DNA of 24,077 nucleotides from a virus (taxonomy: Duplodnaviria > Caudoviricetes): IMG/VR virus record IMGVR_UViG_3300044617_000445, positions 1 to 24,077 of that record; one strand, given 5' to 3'. Positions 1 through 7,054 of the stretch are shown piece by piece. The notes under the pieces are model-generated. The model searched no databases. It saw nothing but the letters and a program-made list of their open reading frames with translations, and was not told where the DNA came from. The first letter of the stretch is position 1. Each line of letters opens with the position of its first letter. The position numbers and the translations under genes were made by a program.

Positions 1-373
1 GGGCTTCGTGGCCGATCTGAATTTGCGAGAGCAGCATGTCGGCAACGGCAACCTCGACATCGAGGAAGCGAGCCAAGTCGCGCTGCGTGGCATCAGGAAG
101 GATTTCCTCAAGGCCGTATTCCGTGGCGGCAAATGTGTCGGAGACAAACTTGCGGGAAACGCGGGGATAGGCGCTGCCTGCGGCGATCTTGGTGGCATCG
201 TCGTTCAATGCTTCGGACTGGCCGAGATTGATCTTGAGATATTCGCCAGAGCGAACATCAGCCACATAGATGGGCATGACTTCCGCGCCGATGAAAAGGT
301 TCTGGCGGTTGCTGCGGCCTTCGTAAACGGCCTGGGCAATGTCGCCTCGGATGGTGGTGGTTGTTAGTGCCAT
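1..373 (-). CDS. Major capsid protein #1 (lambda gpE-like, HK97 fold), N-terminal part; runs off the window
   Basis: Not in the ORF track. Hand translation from ATG at 373 gives MALTTTTIRGDIAQAVYEGRSNRQNLFIGAEVMPIYVADVRSGEYLKINLGQSEALNDDATKIAAGSAYPRVSRKFVSDTFAATEYGLEEILPD... with no stop to the window edge. AAGGA lies upstream. The 'FIGAEVMP..V...SGEY' and 'EYGLEE.LPD' segments resemble gpE-like capsids, and the gene follows protease/scaffold and decoration genes. Confidence 0.8.
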   Translation of the reverse strand, partial: MALTTTTIRGDIAQAVYEGRSNRQNLFIGAEVMPIYVADVRSGEYLKINLGQSEALNDDATKIAAGSAYPRVSRKFVSDTFAATEYGLEEILPDATQRDLARFLDVEVAVADMLLSQIQIGHEA

Positions 374-392
374 AATGGTGGTTCCTTAAAAA

Positions 393-746
393 TTAGAGCT
401 TGCAGGCGTATTCGATCACATCGCCGGTTGCGCCAGAATTGATCGCAGTTCCGAGGGTGATTCCGCTGGTGAGAAGGGTTCCAACAACCACGCCGCCAGT
501 CGTTGCGAAAACATTGAGTCCCGCAGTCACGGGGCCGGGAGAGACCAAGCCGAACTGAGTTGGGCTGAAAAGTTTCACGCTGCCGATGCCGGTAGCAGAA
601 ACATCTTCTTGAACCACGCCGACGGCTTCGCTGGCGGTGACCAATGCGGCGGCTGCGTTATCGCCGGAGACTCGCACCAGCGTGTTTGCGGAGATTGCAG
701 TCGCGAACGAGAAGCTCCGGTAGGTATTGTCGATTTGTGTAGCCAT
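393..746 (-). CDS. Head decoration / capsid cement protein (DUF2190-like)
   Basis: 117 aa, small, G/A/V/T-rich beta protein ('AVGVVQED', 'TLGTAINSGATGDVIE') between scaffold and capsid genes. Confidence 0.7.
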   Translation of the reverse strand: MATQIDNTYRSFSFATAISANTLVRVSGDNAAAALVTASEAVGVVQEDVSATGIGSVKLFSPTQFGLVSPGPVTAGLNVFATTGGVVVGTLLTSGITLGTAINSGATGDVIEYACKL

Positions 747-752
747 GAGATT

Positions 753-1178
753 TTAGAGATTGGTGAGTTGATTGGAATCGCGGAGGGCGATGTATTCGGC
801 GGGGTGATTGCTCATCGCGAATTTGATCGCGGCGGTCTTGCTGCCGAGTTCGGCAGTTTTGTTTTCGATGAGAGCCTTCAGATCAAACTTGGCGGCGGGC
901 TTCTCTTCGGCGGTGGCGCTGCCCTTCATGGGAGCGGAGCCGAAATTTGCGATGATCGTATCCATCTTTGCCTCAAGCTTTGAAATAGGAGAAGCGGATT
1001 GGCAGTTGCACATTTCATCCTTTTTCTCTTCAGCCATTTTCTCTTCGGGCATCTCTTCCATTTTGTTCTTGTAGTCGCCGAAAGCGGTTTCAAGAGCGGA
1101 GAGGCGGGAAAGGATGTCAGAGATATCGATCTCGTCTTCTTTGACGATCTCTTCAGCTTGGGTTTTTTCGTCTTCCAT
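753..1178 (-). CDS. Putative nested in-frame scaffolding protein (internal start Met151)
   Basis: In-frame ATG at 1178 (MEDEKTQAEE...) at the boundary of the acidic domain, preceded by TTGACA-N14, mirroring the main start. Analogous to lambda Nu3 inside gene C. Confidence 0.55.
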   Translation of the reverse strand: MEDEKTQAEEIVKEDEIDISDILSRLSALETAFGDYKNKMEEMPEEKMAEEKKDEMCNCQSASPISKLEAKMDTIIANFGSAPMKGSATAEEKPAAKFDLKALIENKTAELGSKTAAIKFAMSNHPAEYIALRDSNQLTNL

Positions 1179-1628
1179 ATTGGTGAGATTTTTGTCAACT
1201 GCCTTTGCCTCGAAACTGAAAAGGCCGGTAGGATTGGCGGCAGGAGTTTGAACGAGATCAGCGCTGTAAAGCTCTTCGCAGCTTGCAAAGCGCTTGCCGT
1301 CGATCTCGCGCACAGGGCCAGAGAAAGCGATTGAGATGCCGAAGGTGTCGGGGAGCTTCTCGGCGATTTCGAGCACATATTCCCTGCGCTCGGCGTTCTG
1401 GAGAAGGTTTAGATCGGCGACGAGTTTATCGCCTATGATGCGAAAATTGTCGCAGAATCCAACAATGTCTTTGATCCCTGCGCCGTGATCGAGATTGACC
1501 TTTACGCCGCCAGCGTAGGACTCCGCACATGCTTTCACTTCCTGCAATGTTATGCGATCCACGAAAAGGCCGTGGCCTTTGGCTTCGCCTACGCTGATCA
1601 CGCTCACGCCTTCGATGATGTCGCTCAT
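753..1628 (-). CDS. Prohead protease-scaffold fusion protein
   Basis: 291 aa. N-terminal globular domain (GEAKGHG, LDHG, FGISIAF, SADLVQTPAANPTGLF) resembles phage maturation proteases; acidic helical C-terminal half is scaffold-like; directly upstream of decoration and capsid genes. Confidence 0.7.
   Translation of the reverse strand: MSDIIEGVSVISVGEAKGHGLFVDRITLQEVKACAESYAGGVKVNLDHGAGIKDIVGFCDNFRIIGDKLVADLNLLQNAERREYVLEIAEKLPDTFGISIAFSGPVREIDGKRFASCEELYSADLVQTPAANPTGLFSFEAKAVDKNLTNMEDEKTQAEEIVKEDEIDISDILSRLSALETAFGDYKNKMEEMPEEKMAEEKKDEMCNCQSASPISKLEAKMDTIIANFGSAPMKGSATAEEKPAAKFDLKALIENKTAELGSKTAAIKFAMSNHPAEYIALRDSNQLTNL
1193..1198 (-). promoter_or_regulatory. TTGACA motif 14 nt upstream of the internal scaffold ATG
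   Basis: Minus strand reads TTGACA aaaatctcaccaat ATG. Confidence 0.5.
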
Positions 1629-1641
1629 GCGAAGGCGCGAG

Positions 1642-1647
1642 TGTCAA
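1642..1647 (-). promoter_or_regulatory. TTGACA motif 13 nt upstream of the protease ATG
   Basis: Minus strand reads TTGACA ctcgcgccttcgc ATG; no Shine-Dalgarno or canonical -10 box in between. Confidence 0.55.
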
Positions 1648-1656
1648 AAGAAAAGG

Positions 1657-1801
1657 GCCGATGGAGTCCAGGTCGCTCAGCCGATTGATGCGCTTCCTTG
1701 TATTCTTTCAGACAAGTAAGGGATTCAGTCGCCCATACGGACGCTTGCACCCGCCTCAAACTTACGACTTAGTGGCGCACCGCCCTCGATGCTCCATCGG
1801 C
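1657..1801 (-). ncRNA. Candidate structured non-coding RNA element
   Basis: Perfect 10-bp inverted repeat GCCGATGGAG (1657-1666) / CTCCATCGGC (1792-1801) closes the intergenic region, with internal helices, followed on the minus strand by CCTTTTCTTTT. Confidence 0.45.
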
Positions 1802-1805
1802 AAGA

Positions 1806-2291
1806 TCAATCTTTGTATCGATTAACGATATCTTCAAGGTAAAATTCCTCAAGCGCAGCCTGCGCGAGCATCAGAATCTCAAGCTCGTTCTCTTCGCGGC
1901 AACCGACGATCTCAAACGAAGTCGATATTTCTGGCTTGATGCGGTTAGCCGAGATGTTGGTCGCCATTCCCTGCACAGGAACCTGCGCGGAAATGGAGAG
2001 CGCCACCGGCCCGATTGCCGATGACGCTCTCGCACCCACAACACCGACCGCACTAGAAATTTGAACCTGCGCTTCGCCGACTTTGAGCTTGCCAACAACG
2101 CCGCGCTTGATCTCGACAACTACGCGCTGGCGCTCGCGATATAGGCCGCCCGGTAGATCGCGCGGCGCGACGATTGGCGGTGGCGGCGGGCCGCTTGGGA
2201 TTTGAAGCAAGCCCTGCGTGCCGATCGAGAGTGGCGTTGGGCTTGGCAGCAAGCCCTGCGTGGCGATGAGCAAGCTGGTCAAGATCGTCAT
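1806..2291 (-). CDS. Hypothetical phage protein, probably virion-associated
   Basis: 161 aa; TAATG stop/start overlap with the upstream gene; duplicated I(A/G)TQGLL motif and a Pro-rich linker. Confidence 0.65.
   Translation of the reverse strand: MTILTSLLIATQGLLPSPTPLSIGTQGLLQIPSGPPPPPIVAPRDLPGGLYRERQRVVVEIKRGVVGKLKVGEAQVQISSAVGVVGARASSAIGPVALSISAQVPVQGMATNISANRIKPEISTSFEIVGCREENELEILMLAQAALEEFYLEDIVNRYKD
2206..2262. repeat. 15-bp direct repeat, 42-nt period (encodes TQGLL twice)
   Basis: agcaagccctgcgtg at 2206-2220 and 2248-2262. Confidence 0.8.
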
Positions 2292-3976
2292 TAGTCGCGA
2301 GAGACGGTGGTCGTTGTTGCGCCGTCGCCGCCGATCGTTTGCGAGATCGCACCAGCGGTGCGGCTCGTTGGAGTGACGGTGAGCGTGTCTCCGGTCTTCA
2401 GCCCGTGGATGAGATACATTTCATCAATCTCCGCGCCAACAGTTCCGGTTGGGTGATCTCCCCGCGTAACAAGAGGATCGCGCACCGTAGTGAGTAAATA
2501 CTCGTCGCCTGCCGTTGGCACAACGCACCAGTTAGAATCTACGGTGGCGGTGTCGGTGCCGGTATCAAAATCAAGAATGAAGCGCGCCTGCTTGTCGTCG
2601 GTGTCTTGGTTTGTGACGACGATTGTTTGCCCGACGCACAAGGTTCCGATTGGCTCAAGCGTGATTGTATTCGTAGTCGCCGAGACTGTCTGTCCATCTG
2701 CGATGATACGCTCGTCGGCAATTTGGCGAAGCCTCTTCCCCGCCGATCTGTTGACATTGTGCGTTGCGCCGGTAAGAACTTCATCCCACACGGCATCTGC
2801 GATGCCTGCGGTGGTAGCTGTGGAGCGGCTTGAGATTGTGGCGTCGATGTTTGTTTTTAGGAGCGTGCCGATCGTGCTGCTTGTTGTGATGGCGGTGAGT
2901 AAATGATCCCACACACTCGCAGGCGTGAGTGCAGCAGTTCCGGTAGTCGCATCCACGGGGACGCCGAAACCAACCGAGGCGGCGGCTGGGACTTTGCAGC
3001 TTCCGGTGAGAGCGCCGCTGGCGTAGCTCACCCCGTCGCGGACATCGGTGGCGGCTGGCATTTGGCCTTGGGTGGCGTCCACCAGAGTTTTTGCGGAGCC
3101 TGCATCGACATAATTGAAGACGGCGACATTGCTGGAGAGCTTTTTGAGGCGAATGCCTGTTCCGCTGGTGGGTGACATTCCGAATGTGCCGTATTCGAGT
3201 TCTTCGATTTCGATGACGCCGAGGCCCGCGTTGCTTGCCCCGACCGCCGCCCCTGTTCCTGCTCCAGAATTTCCGGGGCCATACGGGCTGCCTTTAGCGC
3301 GGGTGAGATATAAATTCCCAGTAGATACATTGTTGGCTCCAGAAGCCGAAGTTGCAGAACCACCTGTGCAAATGCCAACAACCGTAACATTTCCCGTTGA
3401 ATTATTCATAAGGCCAAAATTTGCGGCGGTTCCTCCTTGGCAGTTTCCAATTACGGTAATTGATCCAGTAGATGTATTTTGAGCGCCATGAGCATTTTGA
3501 AAACTTCCGCCCGTGCAATTTCCCGTGATTGTCACAGTTCCAGTAGAATTATTTGAAACAGCACTGCACCCCAATATCGCACCTCCTTGACCTCCGCTGC
3601 CGCCCGTGCAGTTTCCTGTGATATTTAGAGAACCGGTGTTAATATTTACAGCTGCCACATTGGCGACTGCGTTGATGCCTCCAGTGCAATTCCCAACAAT
3701 ATATCCAACCGCTGGCGAGGCCGCCGTAAATTGCAGGCAGTTGCGCGTAGTCGTGGCGGATTTGCTTGAAACATTGGCGGTGAGTGTGACGCCATCATTT
3801 AGCGTGAAAATACCGGTGCCTGCGTTGGAGACTTCGTCGCAAGTGGCATTTGCGGTGATGGTGATGGTATGGCCGTTGCTGGCGCGGGCTTCGTCTCCGA
3901 CGCCGGGAACGACGCCGCCTGTCCATGTCGCGCCTGCGTTGAAATTGCCGCTGGCTGCGGAGGTGATGAGGGCCAT
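2291..3976 (-). CDS. Fibre/adhesin-like virion protein with beta-solenoid repeats
   Basis: 561 aa, G/T/A/N-rich. N-terminal 'TWTGGVVP..GD' motif, five G(N/I)C(T/Q)GG repeats, 'P..TDVRDGVSY' segment and two 'VWD' repeats. Confidence 0.7.
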   Translation of the reverse strand: MALITSAASGNFNAGATWTGGVVPGVGDEARASNGHTITITANATCDEVSNAGTGIFTLNDGVTLTANVSSKSATTTRNCLQFTAASPAVGYIVGNCTGGINAVANVAAVNINTGSLNITGNCTGGSGGQGGAILGCSAVSNNSTGTVTITGNCTGGSFQNAHGAQNTSTGSITVIGNCQGGTAANFGLMNNSTGNVTVVGICTGGSATSASGANNVSTGNLYLTRAKGSPYGPGNSGAGTGAAVGASNAGLGVIEIEELEYGTFGMSPTSGTGIRLKKLSSNVAVFNYVDAGSAKTLVDATQGQMPAATDVRDGVSYASGALTGSCKVPAAASVGFGVPVDATTGTAALTPASVWDHLLTAITTSSTIGTLLKTNIDATISSRSTATTAGIADAVWDEVLTGATHNVNRSAGKRLRQIADERIIADGQTVSATTNTITLEPIGTLCVGQTIVVTNQDTDDKQARFILDFDTGTDTATVDSNWCVVPTAGDEYLLTTVRDPLVTRGDHPTGTVGAEIDEMYLIHGLKTGDTLTVTPTSRTAGAISQTIGGDGATTTTVSRD

Positions 3977-3979
3977 GGC

Positions 3980-4282
3980 TTAGAGTCCTTTCGAGATCAA
4001 AAGGGCTTGGAGTGCGGTCTGGATCGCAGCGACGGCGGCTTGCTCGGCGGGGTCTGTGACTTCGGAGAGGTGGCCGCGAAGCAGGCCGATGGCTGCGGAG
4101 TCGGCAGTTTCGACCGAGGCGGGAGCTTCGTCGGCGGCGGGGGCGAGGCGCGTGGGGACGAGGCGCATGGCGATGCTGGCGTCTGGCGATCCGTCGGCTT
4201 TGTAGCTGCCGGTGATGGCGAGGTTGAGGCTGAAGCGGTCGAAGGTTTTGCCGTCGATGGTGATGGGATTGGATGCGGTCAT
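3980..4282 (-). CDS. Hypothetical phage protein (100 aa)
   Basis: Start reassigned to ATG at 4282 (MTASNPITIDGKTFDRF...), 2 nt after the upstream stop; GC-rich codon usage. Confidence 0.7.
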   Translation of the reverse strand: MTASNPITIDGKTFDRFSLNLAITGSYKADGSPDASIAMRLVPTRLAPAADEAPASVETADSAAIGLLRGHLSEVTDPAEQAAVAAIQTALQALLISKGL

Positions 4283-4284
4283 AG

Positions 4285-4659
4285 TTATGTATAAGTTAGA
4301 GTTTCTCGATCCGACCAAGCACCGATTACGCTGCCTTCGGATACGACTTCTCCGGAAGAATTTAATTCTATCCTGTAAATTGTCCAGTCATTTACTTCGT
4401 CAGGGTCTCCCTCTTCTGGCTGGTCTACCCAAGCCAACCTGCCGATGTATGCGTTCAGCCCGTCCGAACTGGTAGCGGACTTGAACTGGTAAAGCGAAGG
4501 ATCGTTAGGCCCGTTAAGCCGAAACACGGTTCCTTCTGTGTCTTTGCTGTAGAGCCTGCGATCTGTAAGATTAATCGCAAGCTCTCCAACAGAAAGGTCT
4601 AGTGCCGCAGGGATACGACCTGCGACACTAGAGCGTTTTAATTTGATCGTTGTAGGCAC
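4285..4659 (-). CDS. Fibre-associated protein with Mtd_N/hyaluronidase-N-like domain
   Basis: GTG start; 'TIKLKRSSVAGRIP...GELAINLTDRRLYSK' is the N-terminal module common in phage fibre proteins. Confidence 0.7.
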   Translation of the reverse strand: MPTTIKLKRSSVAGRIPAALDLSVGELAINLTDRRLYSKDTEGTVFRLNGPNDPSLYQFKSATSSDGLNAYIGRLAWVDQPEEGDPDEVNDWTIYRIELNSSGEVVSEGSVIGAWSDRETLTYT

Positions 4660-4668
4660 GAACCTTTA

Positions 4669-5595
4669 TTAGAAGGTTCCGCCGTCAACTTCTCCCTCAA
4701 GAGCGGAGATGCGGGTTTCGTGATCCGCAACATCAGTCTCAAGGGTATCGGCACGACCTTCAAGGGCGGTGATATCGCTTTCGGCAGTATCAACACGCCC
4801 GCTCAAGGTGCTAGCGGCAGACTCGATGGCGTCGATATCGCTCTCAGCGGTATCAAGGCGTCCTTCGGCGGCGTCAACATCACTCTCAAGCGTGGTGGCA
4901 CGGCCTTCGAGGGCGTCGATATCACCTTCGGCGGTTGTCACGCGGCCTTCCAAGGTGGAGGCAGATGACTCGATAGCAGAGATGTCTCCCTCAACGGTGT
5001 CGAGGCGACCTTCAACCGCAGTCACATCGCTCTGAAGGGTGGACACATCCCCCTCAAGGGTAGTGGCGCGTCCTTCGACGGCGGTGGCGCGGGACTCAAG
5101 CGAGTCGATATCCCCTTCAGCCGTGGTGACACGACCGCTCAGGGTAGTAGCTGCAGACTCAATTGCTGTGATGTCGCCTTCAATTGCTGAAAGGCTGTTC
5201 GCCACAGTCGAGGCGAAGTTAGCGTCGTCGTTAAGAGCAGCAGCAAGTTCGTTCAGGGTGTTGAGGGCAGCAGGAGCAGCGTCAATGACATTGCTGATAG
5301 CTGTATCGACATAGCCTTTGTTGGCGGCGTCGGTCGAAGCAACAGGAGTTGCAACGCTCTCGATAACCACGGAACCAGCGTCAATACCACCGGAGAAGGT
5401 TTTCTTACCGGAGATGGTCTGAGCCGAGGCTTTGTCAACGAATGTGCCTTTACCAGCGATAGCTTTGATGTCTGTGCCATTGCCGATGTAGAGTGTCTCG
5501 TCTACAAAGTTATGTGCCATCTCACCAGCGAGCAAAGAAGCGGGCGCTCCTGCATTGCCAGTTAGGCGGCGTTTGATGCGAATATTAGTAGCCAT
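4669..5595 (-). CDS. Trimeric coiled-coil fibre protein
   Basis: N-terminal 'IRIKRR...GEMAHNFVDETLYIG' module, 'DAANKGYVD' and 'APAALNTLNELAAALNDDANFASTV' tail-fibre motifs, long heptad array, C-terminal DGGTF. Confidence 0.85.
   Translation of the reverse strand: MATNIRIKRRLTGNAGAPASLLAGEMAHNFVDETLYIGNGTDIKAIAGKGTFVDKASAQTISGKKTFSGGIDAGSVVIESVATPVASTDAANKGYVDTAISNVIDAAPAALNTLNELAAALNDDANFASTVANSLSAIEGDITAIESAATTLSGRVTTAEGDIDSLESRATAVEGRATTLEGDVSTLQSDVTAVEGRLDTVEGDISAIESSASTLEGRVTTAEGDIDALEGRATTLESDVDAAEGRLDTAESDIDAIESAASTLSGRVDTAESDITALEGRADTLETDVADHETRISALEGEVDGGTF
4690..5184 (-). repeat. Heptad (21-nt) coding tandem repeat array with higher-order repeats
   Basis: About 23 uninterrupted heptads, e.g. 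LEGRVTT/AEGDIDA/LEGRATT; the block IES(A/S)A(T/S)TL(S/E)GRV occurs three times. Confidence 0.85.
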
Positions 5596-5623
5596 ATTAT
5601 TTTGTCTTTCTTGTTTTTGTTTG

Positions 5624-5652
5624 ACTCAACGAATCATCTGACTCGTTTAAGT
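5624..5652 (-). other. Intergenic hairpin without U-tract
   Basis: Minus strand ACUU-A-AACGAGUC agau GAUUCGUU-GAGU, followed by an A-rich leader before the fibre ATG. Confidence 0.5.
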
Positions 5653-5661
5653 TGTGATCTT

Positions 5662-5895
5662 TTAGAATTCCCCGCCGTCGTTGTCAACGCGCAAAGGAAT
5701 ATAATTATTTTGTGCTGCATTCCAAAGGTAGGGAAGACCTTCCTCGTCCTCAAAATAAATGCGACCGCGCTCTCCCGTAGCAGGAAAGTCGCTTTTGCTT
5801 TGGTATGTGACAACATCGTCAAAGTCTGTAGGGATGCTGTCTGCGACTAGCTTACCCTTCTCTTCGACCACTCGTCCGTTGTAGATTACTTTCAT
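5662..5895 (-). CDS. Small fibre-associated protein ending in DGGEF
   Basis: 77 aa; 'DDVVTYQSKSDFPATGERGRIY....YLWN' is a common phage fibre module; C-terminal DGGEF. Confidence 0.75.
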   Translation of the reverse strand: MKVIYNGRVVEEKGKLVADSIPTDFDDVVTYQSKSDFPATGERGRIYFEDEEGLPYLWNAAQNNYIPLRVDNDGGEF

Positions 5896-5896
5896 A

Positions 5897-6673
5897 TTAA
5901 GGCGCGTCTGCGTTTACGATGTTGTTATCTCCGTCTAGGCAGAAGCGGATTATTCCAGAGCCGGATGGGGTTGAGTATGTAGCGCCAGCGCCAACAAGCC
6001 TGCAATAAAGTATTTGACCTGAGAAATAATCTACTGAACCAAATCCTCCAGAACCAGAAACGCAAGATACATAAACACCAGATGCAATGTCACCAAAGCC
6101 ATCTAATCCAGCGGCACATCCATAAAACTTTCCAGCACATGACCCTCCGCTATTTGCAAAACTTAAATTACCACCCACACAATTCTCAAAAACTTGCAAT
6201 GGTTTGTTGCCAGTAATTTTAAACTGCTGTGTCCCTACAGAAATACCGCTAACCCTTACATCGTTTGCCGTTACATTCAGCGTGTTATTGGAAACAATAA
6301 CAGCGGGGCTTTGAAATTGTGCGCCTAATCCTACGAGATCAACATACTCTGCGTCTATCTCTAGTTCAGAGGAGAGAGGGTATGTGCCGGGGACGATAAA
6401 GAGCGTGATGCGATTGGTTGCTGAAGGGCTTTTAGTCTTAGCCTCTGCATACTTTGTTGCAAGATTGTCTCCCTGCTGGGCTAGGACATATCCATCCCCG
6501 CTTGATTGCAACGCAGAGGAGCTTGTAACCGCGCTTGCGTAGGTATTCTGCGCGATCTTGAACAGCAAGTTGTGCTGCCCGTCACCTACCTTTGGCTGGG
6601 ACTCGCCTGTATTAGCGGCGATCTTCGCAAGTAAGGCGTTCTGGGAATCGTTGAATTGAGGGGATTGTGCCAT
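5897..6673 (-). CDS. Putative head fibre/spike with beta-helix-like domain
   Basis: 258 aa; duplicated N-terminal motif D(S/G)QxxLLxKIAxNT; 'FIVPGTY' and 'VDLVG' typical of pectin-lyase-like beta-helix entry; Cys/Gly repeats. Confidence 0.6.
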   Translation of the reverse strand: MAQSPQFNDSQNALLAKIAANTGESQPKVGDGQHNLLFKIAQNTYASAVTSSSALQSSGDGYVLAQQGDNLATKYAEAKTKSPSATNRITLFIVPGTYPLSSELEIDAEYVDLVGLGAQFQSPAVIVSNNTLNVTANDVRVSGISVGTQQFKITGNKPLQVFENCVGGNLSFANSGGSCAGKFYGCAAGLDGFGDIASGVYVSCVSGSGGFGSVDYFSGQILYCRLVGAGATYSTPSGSGIIRFCLDGDNNIVNADAP

Positions 6674-6674
6674 G

Positions 6675-6989
6675 TTAGGCTAGTCCGGCACGCTGACGGA
6701 GACGATCTTGAAAGGGAACCTCTTCTTCCATCTCTGGCTCTTCCATCTCATCCTCGTATCCTTCAGGCATTTCTTCTTCCTCTGACATAGCAGAGAGCGG
6801 GTATCCGTCTACGGAAACCAACTTGAATTCACCGTCTCCATCGTAACGAACTTTAGCGAGAATCTCTTTCTCCTCGCCTTCTTTCATTCCAGAGTAATCA
6901 AACCCTTCTGGGGCCATGAACTCAACCTCGTCTCCTTCGGGCTTGCCGCCCATACCGATAACAACCGCCATTCCGCCTTTGTCTTTCAT
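6675..6989 (-). CDS. Small acidic hypothetical protein
   Basis: 104 aa, Glu/Met-rich, directly downstream of capsid gene #2, AAT-ATG start. Confidence 0.75.
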   Translation of the reverse strand: MKDKGGMAVVIGMGGKPEGDEVEFMAPEGFDYSGMKEGEEKEILAKVRYDGDGEFKLVSVDGYPLSAMSEEEEMPEGYEDEMEEPEMEEEVPFQDRLRQRAGLA

Positions 6990-7011
6990 ATTGTATTTCT
7001 TTCTAGCTTAA

Positions 7012-7040
7012 GAGCGGAGAGGGATAGAACCTCCCCGCTC
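7012..7040 (-). terminator. Strong hairpin after capsid gene #2 (weak terminator or stabilising stem)
   Basis: Minus strand GAGCGGGGAGG-ttctatc-CCTCTCCGCTC (11 bp, one G-U), followed only by TTAAG. Confidence 0.55.
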
Positions 7041-7054
7041 AAATTAGTTAGCTC

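Noticed and set aside
8-367. 119-aa plus-strand ORF
   Set aside because: Antisense shadow of the capsid #1 frame on the minus strand.
1657-1801. tRNA or hammerhead ribozyme
   Set aside because: No cloverleaf with T-loop consensus; CUGAAAG and CUGAAUC do not match the hammerhead CUGANGA core.
4690-5184. Repeat array as possible CRISPR or diversity-generating retroelement repeat
   Set aside because: Repeats are degenerate in-frame heptads without unique spacers; no reverse transcriptase or adenine-specific TR/VR pair is visible.
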